A stretch of DNA of 49,930 nucleotides from Chromera velia (lineage: Eukaryota), in contig JAHBMJ010000392.1 in assembly GCA_018398765.1 (NCBI GenBank), positions 1-49,930 on the forward strand, written 5' to 3'. Each line of letters opens with the position of its first letter. The first letter of the stretch is position 1. Of the stretch, positions 11,213 through 22,864 are shown one piece after another. Below the pieces are notes generated by a model. The model saw only the letters and a program-made list of their open reading frames with translations, made no database searches and was not told where the DNA came from. Made by a program: the position numbers and the translations under genes.

Positions 11213-12409
11213 CACCTTCGTGGCCTGTAAACAGCTCCAGCATGTCTGGGTCTGTCTAGACTGGTCCTCCGACAGCATCCAAACATAAAAAGACGCCCTT
11301 CGTCTCTCTATGTGTCTGTAATGCTGCCATTTTCTTCCAAGAGTGAGCTTGTCGCTTCTGGCTGTCTAGCTATTGCGTGGATCGTTCGATGAGTGGCCGT
11401 TCGATCGGGTATGTGAGACTCTATATGCGCGTTAAACAGACAAAAGGGACAGGTGGTGGCGTACCACACGGACCAATGCGGCGATGGCTAGTGTGCCAGC
11501 CGGGGAAGCCCTTCTGCTCTAGGACCCAACGTGGCGAGCCTGGAGTAGGAAGGAGGGGGAAGTAAGGAAGGGGTATAAAATGACATCAAGTCTGCCCTCG
11601 ATGGCAAGAGAGGCAGAAGGGTCGCGGCAGACCTACTGAGAGACAGAGTAGGGCATATGGCAGCTGCCGCCTCGTCTTTCACCGGCGCCGGCAAAATTTT
11701 TAACAGGGATCGGGAAGGGCAAAGCGGGTCATGGGGGAAAGGGGAGAAGGGGGGACAATGGGGAAGGGGGGAGAGGGAGGGAAAGGGGGGGAAAGAGGGG
11801 GAGAGGGGGGNCACCTTCGTGGCCTGTAAACAGCTCCAGCATGTCTGGGTCTGTCTAGACTGGTCCTCCGACAGCATCCAAACATAAAAAGACGCCCTTC
11901 GTCTCTCTATGTGTCTGTAATGCTGCCATTTTCTTCCAAGAGTGAGCTTGTCGCTTCTGGCTGTCTAGCTATTGCGTGGATCGTTCGATGAGTGGCCGTT
12001 CGATCGGGTATGTGAGACTCTATATGCGCGTTAAACAGACAAAAGGGACAGGTGGTGGCGTACCACACGGACCAATGCGGCGATGGCTAGTGTGCCAGCC
12101 GGGGAAGCCCTTCTGCTCTAGGACCCAACGTGGCGAGCCTGGAGTAGGAAGGAGGGGGAAGTAAGGAAGGGGTATAAAATGACATCAAGTCTGCCCTCGA
12201 TGGCAAGAGAGGCAGAAGGGTCGCGGCAGACCTACTGAGAGACAGAGTAGGGCATATGGCAGCTGCCGCCTCGTCTTTCACCGGCGCCGGCAAAATTTTT
12301 AACAGGGATCGGGAAGGGCAAAGCGGGTCATGGGGGAAAGGGGAGAAGGGGGGACAATGGGGAAGGGGGGAGAGGGAGGGAAAGGGGGGGAAAGAGGGGG
12401 AGAGGGGGG
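11213..12409. repeat. Exact 598-bp tandem duplication separated by a single N (likely assembly overlap artefact)
   Basis: 11213-11810 appears identical to 11812-12409, with n at 11811. Confidence 0.85.
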
Positions 12410-14069
12410 TTGCTTCGGGGTGGGGGGGCAAATCGAATCGAAGCTGGCCGAGAGCATGCGAAGTACTAGCAACTAAGTGTGACTGGAGCGTCTTTTGCTC
12501 AGAGTTGAGAGTTCATATGTCAAAAGGAGCAGCAAAGGGATGAAACGGGACAAAAAAGAAGAGGCAAGATAGAAAAAGACCAGCGGGGCAGTCTGTAATA
12601 TGTCCGGTCCCTTCCTTCCCTCCCTTTATACAGCTACTGACACGTGTAAAATATGTTTGTGCTTGACAAGACAGCCGAGCCCTTCTGTTAACGAGAACTC
12701 GAAGTCGATTGCCTACCCCTACATCAGCTACATATGAGATGCGGGCAGAGGACTGCCTGATTGCCACCGCCATACGTTTATACCTGCGCATGCCCATGAC
12801 TTCCTAGGACCACCCTTGCACCCCTGCACTGAACTCGAGAGAAGAATTGAGCTCAATGCAAAGCTGAGCATCAAAGAGACAGACTGCGAGAACGACAAGT
12901 CGAGCACCGCACGTGCCGTGTATTTGAAACTTCTGGAACTCCCCTTAGAAGAGTGACCGTTCTTCTCTCTCAGCTTTTCTTCTTTGCGGATGACTTGGGA
13001 GTCAGACCCCTCGTGTGGCTGAGAACACGAGCGCATGAGGGGGCGCCTTCATTCGCTGTCTCCTTCTCGCTTCCTTCTGCTGCTTTGAAACGTTTTAGGT
13101 TATCCCTGGCTTCATCCTTAATTTAAGAAAAAGAAACTGGAAGAGGCGGAGAGAAAATGAGTAGAGGGGGAGCAAAAAGAGAATAAATCTTTAAAGAGAT
13201 GTCTGGTTTAACGAGAAAAGAAGAAAAAACGAGGGGATAGCCCATGTATGTCTCTGTGTCCCTTCTGTATCTTCTCCCTACAGGCGGATGCCGGTACTTT
13301 GGAGGCCCTCTGGGTTCTTTGGGTATCGCCTCTCCCCCTCGCAGCACAGAAGTTGATGGGAGCCCTAGATGGCGGCCTTGGTGGAGCCAGTCGTCTCTGC
13401 GTATGCATCTGCGTGGAGGCAGACGGTGTGCCGGCAAGCGTCTCGCTCCGATAGATTTAACCGGGTGCCGTTCATTCATTGATGTCTGTTCTTGTGTGTT
13501 CAGTTGATCTATGGTATTGTTGATGATAAGCAAACAGACGCGTATGCAGTCTTCGGGAAGGGTCCCCCCGGAGTGAGATAGAAGAGAGAGGACTCCGAGG
13601 AAAAGATATATAATAGAGATTCTAGGAAATTGATAGTCTCTTTAAACAGCTGAGATCTTATGTTGTCTGTGCACAAATGTGTTGGTAGGAGCACATGGTT
13701 AATCTACCATAATCTAGTATAATCCAACAGGCTGCTGTCTGATTCAATTGGAATTCATCGAATATGTGCTAATTAACCGACATACAAAAAATGTATGCAT
13801 GCAAAAAACTTTGGAGACTGAAGCTTCGCATACACGCCGAGCTAAACATTAATAGCTCAAAATCAGCATGCCAATTAATCGCAGTATTACGTCGATCCAG
13901 CCGATGGATAGACTGTAAGCATGATTAGAGAACACACGTAGTGTCCCGTACACGACGCCCCTCCATATCTATACCGCTGTCTTTTGTCTATCACTGACGG
14001 TTCTCAGGTGCACTTGCGGAAGCAAACGACAACAAAAGGCTGTAACGTTGGAAATCAGTCATATGTAGA

Positions 14070-15770
14070 TTATTTTAGGACAAAACAAAGAAAGGATAAA
14101 CGCGCCTTCCAAAGGGAACGAAGGCCATTATCACCAGTCCGACGGACTGTAGACATGAACAAATTAAGTAAAAACGAAACAGGCCATCTCAGAATATACA
14201 ACTCTAAAAACAGAAAAGTGAGTTCGTCAACTAAGACAACCGCAGGTGCATTATAAAAAAGAAGGGTCCGGATAAGATGAGAGGATATTAGGCCCCTCTT
14301 GGCCGAAACAGAAGGAACACAGGAGAAAGCATACATCAAACGCACTCTACGGAGTGAAGGTAGGTTAGGAAAAGACGACCACCCTCCAGAAATAGGCAAC
14401 AGAGAAAAAGCAACCAAATCACGAAAGAAATTAAGAAGAACATCCTGGTTAGGATTAACAGCAGCAAAAAGCAAAATTGAAGGAGATTCTGGTAAAGAGA
14501 AAAGATGCAGACCAAGCACCGTAGATCCCTTTTGATGTTCCAAAACGCAAGCAGGACTGTAGAAGTCTTCTTCAAGTAACTTTTCCATCATGGGGTCATT
14601 CGGCATGTTACTCATGCCACAGTCAGACCTAAAACCAATCGTTCTATCGTCCATGTATCTCCCTGTCATCCATTTCTCCCCTCCCCATAAAGGCTTCGAT
14701 CTCATCAATGCAACAGAGTATTCTTTCTACGCAGCAAAAAATCGGGCCCCACCAGGAGAGCAAGGACTCCCTTGAGGAAACCCTTCATGCTGTATGACCA
14801 TCTTCCCTCGAACCCGAATCACATTCAAAACAAAATCAAGATTAATTATACGAGTCAGCATATCAAGAGGGCAAGAAAGTGCATTCGTATAATTACAGTG
14901 GGAGGATAAAAAAGCAACAGGTTTTAAGTAACGTCTCCAAGAATACCACTTCTCACCCTCTCCCGGACCCGCCTCCTTAATACAAAAAGACTTATGAGTG
15001 GGCAATACAACAAAACGATATCTAGAGAAAGAATGAATGAAATGAACAAAGTCATTTAAATAAGAAAGGAAATCAGCTCTAGGTAGAGAAGGAAAAAATG
15101 CTTTTATGTCGTCTACCAGCAGACTAAGTCCACCCCGAGGCCAATACGAATTAGAAAAAAGATAAGAGCCATGATCTGCAAGTCTCCCAAACCCTAAATT
15201 AAAGATCCCAACCTTATCTTGAAAAGCAAAGACAGAGTTAAAGTCACAATGCAGCGAAAAGTAAGAAAGACAGCCATTCAAAGCCTTACAAAGGAAAGAA
15301 AAAATCTCATATCTGGTATGTCTCTTGTAAGATACCAATGGCCTGTACTTCAAAGAGGACCAAGACTCAGGGAGATCCCCCTCAACTCCCCAAGACTTAC
15401 GTTTCACCCAAAGGATCCCAATCCCAAAGTGGTGTTTCTTCCTGTCGAATTTCTTGAACTGATTCAAAAAAGATACCCATGCATCCTTTTCATTCGGAAA
15501 ACCATTCTCCAGAAGGTCCAAAGAAGCAGAAAACTCACCCTCTCCAATTCTTCCATAAGAAGAATCAAAAAGAAAAGCTCTCGCCACTGCCTCAATGTAT
15601 TTCCCTTTACACAAAAAAGCCAGATCTCCTCTAGCCTTGTCAACTGGCACAACCGCCAGAGCAAACAATAACCTCCTTATTGCCATAGACTTCCTTGGGA
15701 CGGCCGGCCCCTTTCTTGTTTGCTTGAGCACACGAAAGCGTTGAAACCCACCGCTCCCGAAGGTCGGCAA
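14070..15770 (-). pseudogene. Penelope-like reverse transcriptase (fingers/palm/thumb)
   Basis: VVPVDKARGDLAFLCKGKY (PLE DK motif), YRPLVS, DDIKAFFPSLP, GFPQGSPCSP, RYMDD, STVLGL, GLISSHLIRTLLF. In-frame TAG at 14729-14727 separates the 347-aa and 212-aa ORFs. Confidence 0.9.
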
Positions 15771-16779
15771 CCATTGCAGGAGACAAGACCCCTTTCATCG
15801 ACCTGCCTCTTATATTCTCCCTCCCCCTCCCCCTTCCCATTGTCCTCCCTAGACCAACCCCCTCCCGAGTGCCACCATCAGAAGCGAGAACAGAACGGAA
15901 GAAAGACTCAATACCCTTCGAAACAACATTCCATACACCAGTGTTAGGCCATAATTTGGCCTTGGAAGAAAAGTGAGGGGAAAGAGAGAAGAAAAATCTA
16001 AGAGAGGAAGACGCAGACAGTAGACAACACACATGACCATCAAGTAAAAGAAGATCAAATAATTCTGCAATTTCTATACAACGACACGACAATCCACAAG
16101 AAGAACCTTCACCCCCTCCTCCTTCCCCACAAATCCCATATATATTGTCCAAAGTTTGTTGAAGATCAATCAGCTTTGTGGGGAGAAGGAGAAGCCTCAT
16201 GTTTGACAACGGAGACACAGTTTTCCTTATCTCCGGCCTCAAACATGGTAAAATAAAAAGATCAAAAAAAAGACAAGTCAGTGAGGGGCATCCGAATCGT
16301 AATCAGCTCCCCTCTGAGCAAAGTCGCTGCTGACCAGCCATTCAACTCGCACATTCGTCTCACATTCAAGTCAAAAGTTACCCTCCCTCCCCAAAGAATC
16401 CCGTCCCTAGGCACCATGCGCATACATGCACTCAAATCATTCTTCGTCATATCAAATGAACGAAGAGACGAATCGGGAAGGACCTTCTTGAACAATGCAG
16501 TCAGCAGTCGTGCACGAAAAAGAGAAATCACATCCCCTTCCCCTCTCTTCGCCCCCACACCCTCTTCGCCAGTGACCTTGTAGAGGAAAAGAGAGCGAGA
16601 TTGGAAAATGCCTCCTTTATCAACTCCTCCCACCAACTTCGACATGTAAACAGAAGATTCAAGTCTCCTCCTCAGACTTGAAACCCTGTCACTACATCTG
16701 CACGCAATTGAGTGAACATCCCTTTTATTAGGGTCCCTCAAATTACGCACCGGGTCATTCTTAAATCTCCTCAACACAC

Positions 16780-17095
16780 CAACGGTATTCTATGTAGGTT
16801 TGTATGTACGAATACATAAGTACTCCATCATGCGCAAATTTGTCTGACCACCCCCAATCTTTGCAATAGGAAGGATAACAAAGAGGCCGTATCTGGAAAC
16901 ATCAGCAGATAAAACAGAATAGAAGCGATATGCATACCTATGACCCGTCTTATTACATTTCCTCCCAACGTGACGCGGTTTTAATGCACTCGTGAGGTGC
17001 TGAAAGAACCGATCAAGCGCCCGACCAACGGTACTTCCAATATAAAAGCCTCTCTTCCATCGTGACCAAATTAAATATATTACTCCCTTGTCCTA
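16780..17095 (-). pseudogene. GIY-YIG endonuclease domain of the Penelope-like element
   Basis: Manual translation: GVIYLIWSRWKRGFYIGSTVGRALDRFFQHL...NLRMMEYLCIRTYKPT*N. In frame with ORF 16777-16262; TAG at 17095-17093 and 16792-16790. Confidence 0.85.
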
Positions 17096-18785
17096 CCATG
17101 ATGCATCCTCTCCCACCCTAGCATAAGCATCCTTGACCTCTCTCAGAACTGACTGTACTGACAATTGAAACTTTTATACGAGGAAGTGACTTTTAATTTT
17201 CTATATATCACACTAAATTTTATATAAAAAACTAAGTCTTTAAAGCACTTAGAATGATTCTATTTATTGTTTCTTACCTGCATGAAAGCATGAACAACTT
17301 TTATTAAAGATAAGGTTTAATGGGTTTGTGGTGTGTATGTTGGAAATTGTTGGACGTGAGTGAGGTGAAAGAGTTATAGTATGTTGATATATCGGGGAGT
17401 GATTGCAGACTCTGCAGGCATGTGACAATGCGCAGTGTAATACACAAACAAGCTAACTTTTACTTCTAATGGAATATGCCGAATCCGCACACTGATGTAA
17501 GGAGGGAACACACAGTGGGCAACCCCCATAAAAGGTAAGAATGAATGTTCACAAACAGATCTGCCGATTTGACACCCACAAAAAGCAGTTTAACCAAACA
17601 AATGTTGAGCACTATGACCGTGCAAGAGGTAAATGCTTAGCTTCTGAAAGCCTGATCGATTCATGGCCTCTAGCCAGAGGGCCTTGCCCACGACCGGCCA
17701 TCATAGCGTTCTTGTTTTTTCTGGGTGAGGCCCGGCACTGGCCACTGGGTCTTAGTCCACCCAGGAGCCCTACCTCCAAATTCTCATGCAAACAAGAGCT
17801 GCGTCTCACTCCCACAACTTCAGATCATCCGAGATTACTAGTCGTAATGCTTTCTTACGAAACGTAAGCACCGACAAACGGTCCTCCGAGAAAGGCTCAG
17901 TCTGACCTGCAGCACAGATATGCAAAAATTCATAAAGTGGCTCACCTTCTGGCCACCCAGAGCTGGCCCCCTCATCCAGAAAGCCTTTCCAGCTCCTCAT
18001 CTAAAGCTTGTTAGAGCATACACATGGAAGGGATTCAATGGAAGCTTTACTGGGGTAACTTCGTAGGCGCCTTTACGTAGAGATGGGCCGTGCCCTTCAT
18101 GATGGAAGATCGAAATTGCCCTCTCAGGGCAACCAGTAGGGTGAATGTCATAAACCCAAGAAAAAGCAAAGAAGCCAATCCTCTGGGCTTTCGATAAAGC
18201 CTACTTTCATCGCTGGAGAGCAAGTCTGTGTGATGGGAGAGAGGCGGCACTAGGTCGTGCTCTGATGGACTTGAAACATTCGATGGAAAGCCGTTTTTGG
18301 GAGCCGATTTTAGATTGGCCAACCATGTGATGGCCCCGGAAGGCAAGCTACGCGTTGCAGACCAGGGCCCGGCCGGCCACCAAGGCTAAAAAGCACTTCC
18401 CGGCTGCGCGATGACCCATCAAAATGCCGATCTGAAAAATTCTCAGTCAGGTTTTCAGAAAGTTCTCCTCCACTCAGAAAGTCGGGTCAACAGAATGGGC
18501 CTCTATCCACAAAATCTCGTTGTCAAGCGTTCCATTGGATTGTATTGGAAGGCTTAACAACGACGAAATCGTGTTCAGCTTTTTATTCTAGAACCTCATT
18601 TTTGTAGGGGTTACAGATTCCGGAGTTTTGTCCTCCTCCGGTATCTGTGTTGGCTGAACACCTCTGGTTGCTCGTGGGCCTGGTTGCCTCGGTACAAAGG
18701 AGTTGTCCGACAACTAGAAGGGTTGCTGGACTGGTTTGGATCGCTCAATCAGGTCAGTTCGTTTTGTGTCATTCCACCAGCAACA

Positions 18786-19013
18786 GGAGGGGGTGGACCC
18801 TCTCGCAGGGGTACGAAACGATACAATTTAGTACTCCTGGTGGAAGGGGGGGGTCTGACCTGCTCTGCAGGTTTGCGTCCAAAATGTGTTTAAGAAACAC
18901 TCCTAAACACATTTTGGACGTAAACCTGCAGAGCAGGTCGGACCCCCTCCCTCCACCAGGGGTATCAAATTGCGTCGTTTTGTACTCCTGCGAGAGGGTC
19001 CACCTCCCCCTCC
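18786..19013. repeat. Fold-back palindrome (~110-bp arms, very short loop), MITE-like
   Basis: ggagggggtggaccctctcgcagg...caaaatgtgttta pairs with taaacacattttgg...cctgcgagagggtccacctccccctcc. Confidence 0.9.
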
Positions 19014-19379
19014 CAGTGAGGAAATTAAAAAAATCTTGTTTACAGAGATGAGCCTTTTTGGTGCATGTAGAAGGCTTTATATGATATCTGTGAGTGTTTT
19101 TATATGGCTGCAACCTGGCCATTGTAGTTTCTGAATGACTGACCGGTCTACCCTCGGCAAGGCACAAAACTGCCGTCTCCCTTTACATGTGTTGTTTACC
19201 CCTGCCCTCCTCCTCTGCTCTTTACAGGTCGTGGGTCTTCTCTAGGAGATGCTTATTTTGTATCCCACTCCAAGGACCTTCCTCAACTCCTCCAGAGGTA
19301 GGTCTTTGCATTTTCGTTAAGGTCGCAGTCTTCAAACTGCGAAAGGGAGCAGCGCCCCTACGTGCCAAGCCTGTGTTTT

Positions 19380-20085
19380 TTTCTACCTGCCTGACTGTCT
19401 CCGAAATTTTGCCCTTCTTGCCTGCTTGACTGCCCTTTAGCTTTCGGCCTTTCTGTCTGGCTAAATGCCTTCCTAATTTCGGCCTTTCCGCCCGCCCTAT
19501 TGCCTTCCTAATTTCGGCCTTCGCCGTGCTCCCAATTTCGGTCTTCCTGCCTGCCCGATTGCCTTCCCAATTTTGGCTTTCTTGCCTGCCTGACTGCTTT
19601 CCAGAGTTTTGAATTCCTGCCATGCTGACTGCTTTCCCATTTCGGCCTTCTTGCCTGCCTGACTGCCCTCCAAATTTTGGTCTTTCTGTCTGCCTCAATG
19701 CTTTCCAAATTTCGGCCTTTCTGTCTGCCTGACTGACTTCGCAATTTCGGCCTTCCTGCCTGTCCAGTTGCCTTCCCAATTTCGGCTTTCCTGCCTGCCT
19801 GATTGCCTTCCCTATTTTGGCCTTCCTTCCTGCCCAAGTTTCCTCCTAACGCTTCCTAATTTCGGTCATCCTGCTTGCCCGATGGCCTTCCCAATTTTGT
19901 TCTTCCTGCTGGCCCGACTGTCTTTCCAAGTTCGGCCTTCTTGTATGTTTGACTGCCTCCCAGAGTTCGTTCTTTCTGCCTACATGCCTGCCTTCCAATT
20001 TCGGTCTTCTTGGCGGCCTGACTGCCTTCCAATTTCGGCCTTCCTGGCCGCTTGATTGCCTTCCCGATTTCGGCCTTCCTGCTTT
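19380..20085. repeat. Degenerate minisatellite, ~34-bp unit (aatttcggccttcctgcctgcctgactgccttcc-like), ~20 copies
   Basis: atttcggcc/attttggcc recurs about every 34 bp. Confidence 0.9.
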
Positions 20086-20627
20086 CATATATCATTCTAA
20101 TGCAAATTAAAGATACAGATTGTATTTGCATGCATGCTTTTATATGTATTCTGGCGATTCGACTGACTTTCTGTTTGTGTGCACGTATTTCTGCAGGTGG
20201 TGTTCACGGGTGTACATGTTTGATATATACTGAGATACCCCCCCCCCTCCTCCCTACCCCTGACATGCCCGCCGTTGAGCAGCGCCTCATATGAATTGAA
20301 AACAAAACAGTTATGATCATGAGAAGAAATGCTTCAATCAGATCGATTCAGAGCCATTCAGATGCATTTCTTATTATGTTTTCGTCTTAGCGTTAATTTA
20401 CGATGATAGGTACCAGTCTGAGACAATTTATGGTTTTGAAAAAATATATACTCTATATATACATTTTTTTATTTCGTTTTTTAAACATCTTACTAAGCTT
20501 AAATAGTCTTAAATAAATTATGAAAATCAATTAGTTTAAAGGTTAAACTATCTATTTTAATGTTTTAAAAACTAAATTTTTCAAAGTCACTTTCCAGTAC
20601 AAAAGTTTCAATTGTCAGTCCAGTCAG

Positions 20628-21512
20628 TTTCAGAAAGGAAGAATATTTCATATCAGAGAGGCCCAACCATGTAGAAGCAGCCAGCAAATGGGAATATACA
20701 AATCTCCTCAAACATTTCTGACCAAATCCTCTCTTAAAGACAGTCCGAAGCTTGCAAGAAGGATTCATCACATCCTTAGGGGACGCAGGCATAACATGGA
20801 GAGTGTATGAAGGTGGCTGTGTCGTCTGATTCAGAATGACAAGAACCGTTGTTAATGGGCAATCGCATCTGTGAATCTCCGATGCGCAAACAGGACAGGC
20901 TTGAACTGTGTGCACATAGAGGGATGCAATAAACATCCACACCCCAGCCAATCTGAGGGAAAGACGATCAAGGTCAAACTCTACTTTCTCTCTCATACTT
21001 TCCCTGCCAAAACCCCTTCCATTCTCTATATCCTTCCCAATCACTCCAACCAGTTCCCTCACTTTCTCATGCAATTCATCAGACAAAGACAACAAAAAAG
21101 AAGAATCAAAATTAATTTGAACATTTAACTGACCACTGCTCCTCCCGACATGCTCCTCAGTCCCTAGTCAATCAAGTCCCAGCTGGCGACCCTCCATTCC
21201 CTTCCCCCCTTCTCCCTCCTTCTCCTACTGTGGACAGAGAGCCTCAATACTCTTCTTCTGTATGATGAAAGCATAAACGAGTTCCAGAAGGTCACAACCC
21301 TCCAGATCCCCGTCTACTGCACTGTCCTTCAGCGCTGAGATCATCTCCTTCCTCACCTGGCCCCGCCGTGTTTCACTGTACATGACAGACACCGTCAGTC
21401 TGGCATTATCCATACATTCTTGCCAGAGTTTCCCCCCCAAACCTCCATTCTTCGGTTGTCGATACACCGGAAGGTCAACCAGTGTCTCGTATGCGATATA
21501 AACAAATAACAT
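20628..21512 (-). pseudogene. N-terminal part of the PLE polyprotein (contains CPVCASEIHRCDC)
   Basis: ORFs 21512-21225 and 21095-20565 share a frame separated by a TAG and a TGA, and join the GIY-YIG frame once the TIR element plus one TSD copy (3487 nt) is removed. Confidence 0.7.
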
Positions 21513-22117
21513 TATGTGTGAACATATATGTGCATGAGGCTTTCTGCTGTCGTCCTCTGTTTTCTCCGTTTCTTCACGTTTTGTTCATACCTCCGTCTGC
21601 CCGTCTACTTTCATTCAGAAAAGATAACTGGAAGGGGTTCTCTTATAGGCATGCTATTCTATCTATCGCCTGCTTCCTTTCAGCAGGCCGGTCTAAGAAA
21701 GAGAGAAAGAAAGCAAGCTGTTCATTGCAAGTCTGTTTATGTTTGTGCATGCACATAAATCTGATTGACTTCCATCAATGGGAGAAAATTAACCTTTCTG
21801 CTTGTCAGCTTCCACATCTAGATTTTGAGAGTCGGTTGACTATGAATGACTGTCTCAATGACGGTGCTAAAGGGATTTCTATGTCTCAGCCTGTGTTTTC
21901 TCATAATGCCTTTGTCATGGTGCAAGGATGCTCGAGATTTCATTCCTTCGACTATATACTTTGAAGTGCTAGTGTTCTGTTAGTTGCATAGGTTTACATT
22001 ACGTTTGGTTGATCGTGCTCATTCGATCATTCGCCTCTTTTTTCCTTTTCGCACGTGCTTGGATATGTTTGGCTGATCGCGAGGACGCGATTTTCCTATC
22101 CGTGGCCGGGGGGGATC

Positions 22118-22585
22118 TGTGGAGTCCTACTCTATGGCGCCGCCCTCTGGACCCTCGTATATGCTGTATCTGAATGAGCCCGCGTGCCGATATCATGTTC
22201 CGCCGCCGCCTGTATACGTAGTCTGCCTACACGTGTCGCACTCGAAGCTCTGCGCATGCATGCAAGTCTACGTTTGGCCTCTTTAGCAACATATGGTCTG
22301 AGCAACATCCTACGGCAGGTTCGAGTTGAAGTTAGCCGAAGTCATTGAATCTCTAGTTAAACCTATAGAGTCAGATTCATGTGGAGTCGAAAGAAGTCTG
22401 AAGACAAAGCTTAATAGAACCTCTTAGAGTCAAACTAGGATTGAGACCTCGTTTACCTGAACCTGTGAAGTGTTGCTTTAGTTAGCATTGCATACGTTCC
22501 TTCTCTAGATCTTCCCCAGGGTTTTTGTCCTTGCTTTACCTTCTGTCTGGACGCCATAAGGTGGCTAGACAGGAGGGACAAAGCA
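22118..22585 (+). repeat. 3' LTR
   Basis: Copy of 10264-10731; preceded by the PPT GGGGGGGA-TC. Confidence 0.9.
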
Positions 22586-22589
22586 GGTT

Positions 22590-22864
22590 ACAATGCCGGC
22601 GGTGCGCATGGCTGGGCAATTGATTGATCTGCATGCAGTCGTACTTCAAGTAAGCACGATGGTCCTAGCAATTGTCTCCATGAGAAACGGCACGATTCTC
22701 TTTGAGTTACATAGCTAGAAGAGAAACAGACAAACAGTACCACAATGTGAATGCATAGGCAGACTATGGGTAGATTAAAGAGTTTGCTGGGTATATAGTG
22801 ATGTAGGGAGAGCTGATCGATAGAGTTCGACAGCTGAAAAGCTCCTAGAACGGTTAAACGTTTA
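22590..22864 (+). repeat. Repeat family C, right part
   Basis: Matches 24704-24966. Confidence 0.85.

Larger units (their letters stand above)
17149..20627. mobile_element. ~3.48-kb non-autonomous TIR DNA element inserted in the PLE ORF
   Basis: ~45-bp imperfect TIRs (ctgactgtactgacaattgaaacttttatacgaggaagtgacttt / aaagtcactttccagtacaaaagtttcaattgtcagtccagtcag). Flanking tctcagaa/tttcagaa. Removing it restores the PLE frame (YSSFL-REVKDAYARVGEDASW). Confidence 0.8.
14070..21512 (-). mobile_element. Decayed Penelope-like retroelement with N-terminal GIY-YIG endonuclease (Chlamys-type domain order), interrupted by a TIR element
   Basis: Reconstructed ORF: N-terminal region 21512-20628, GIY-YIG ~17086-16790, CxC/GH linker, RT 15700-14400, thumb to the stop at 14070. 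Contains several stops and two frameshifts. Confidence 0.85.
10264..22585 (+). mobile_element. Degenerate/non-autonomous LTR retrotransposon (Ty3/Gypsy-like) with nested insertions
   Basis: Two 468-bp direct repeats with TG...CA ends. TSD GGCC (10260-10263)/GGTT (22586-22589), with empty-site GGCC at 24700-24703. Polypurine tract GGGGGGGA and a cgaggacgcgattttc motif before the 3' LTR; TGG 3 nt after the 5' LTR. Confidence 0.85.

Noticed and set aside
11213..12409. Recent biological tandem duplication
   Set aside because: Apparently identical copies joined by a single N, typical of an unmerged contig overlap.
13700..14070. Hammerhead ribozyme / pseudo-LTR expected for PLEs
   Set aside because: No convincing CTGANGA...GAAA core with stems, and no repeat shared with 21500-22000, was visible by eye; a covariance-model search is needed.
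19380..20085. CRISPR-like array or repeat-protein ORF (185-aa minus ORF)
   Set aside because: Units are contiguous degenerate copies without unique spacers, the period is not a multiple of 3, there are no cas genes and the context is eukaryotic.
21160..21175. Selenocysteine TGA in the PLE (as in some Naiad elements)
   Set aside because: A single TGA among several TAGs and frameshifts, in a non-conserved linker, with no SECIS recognised.
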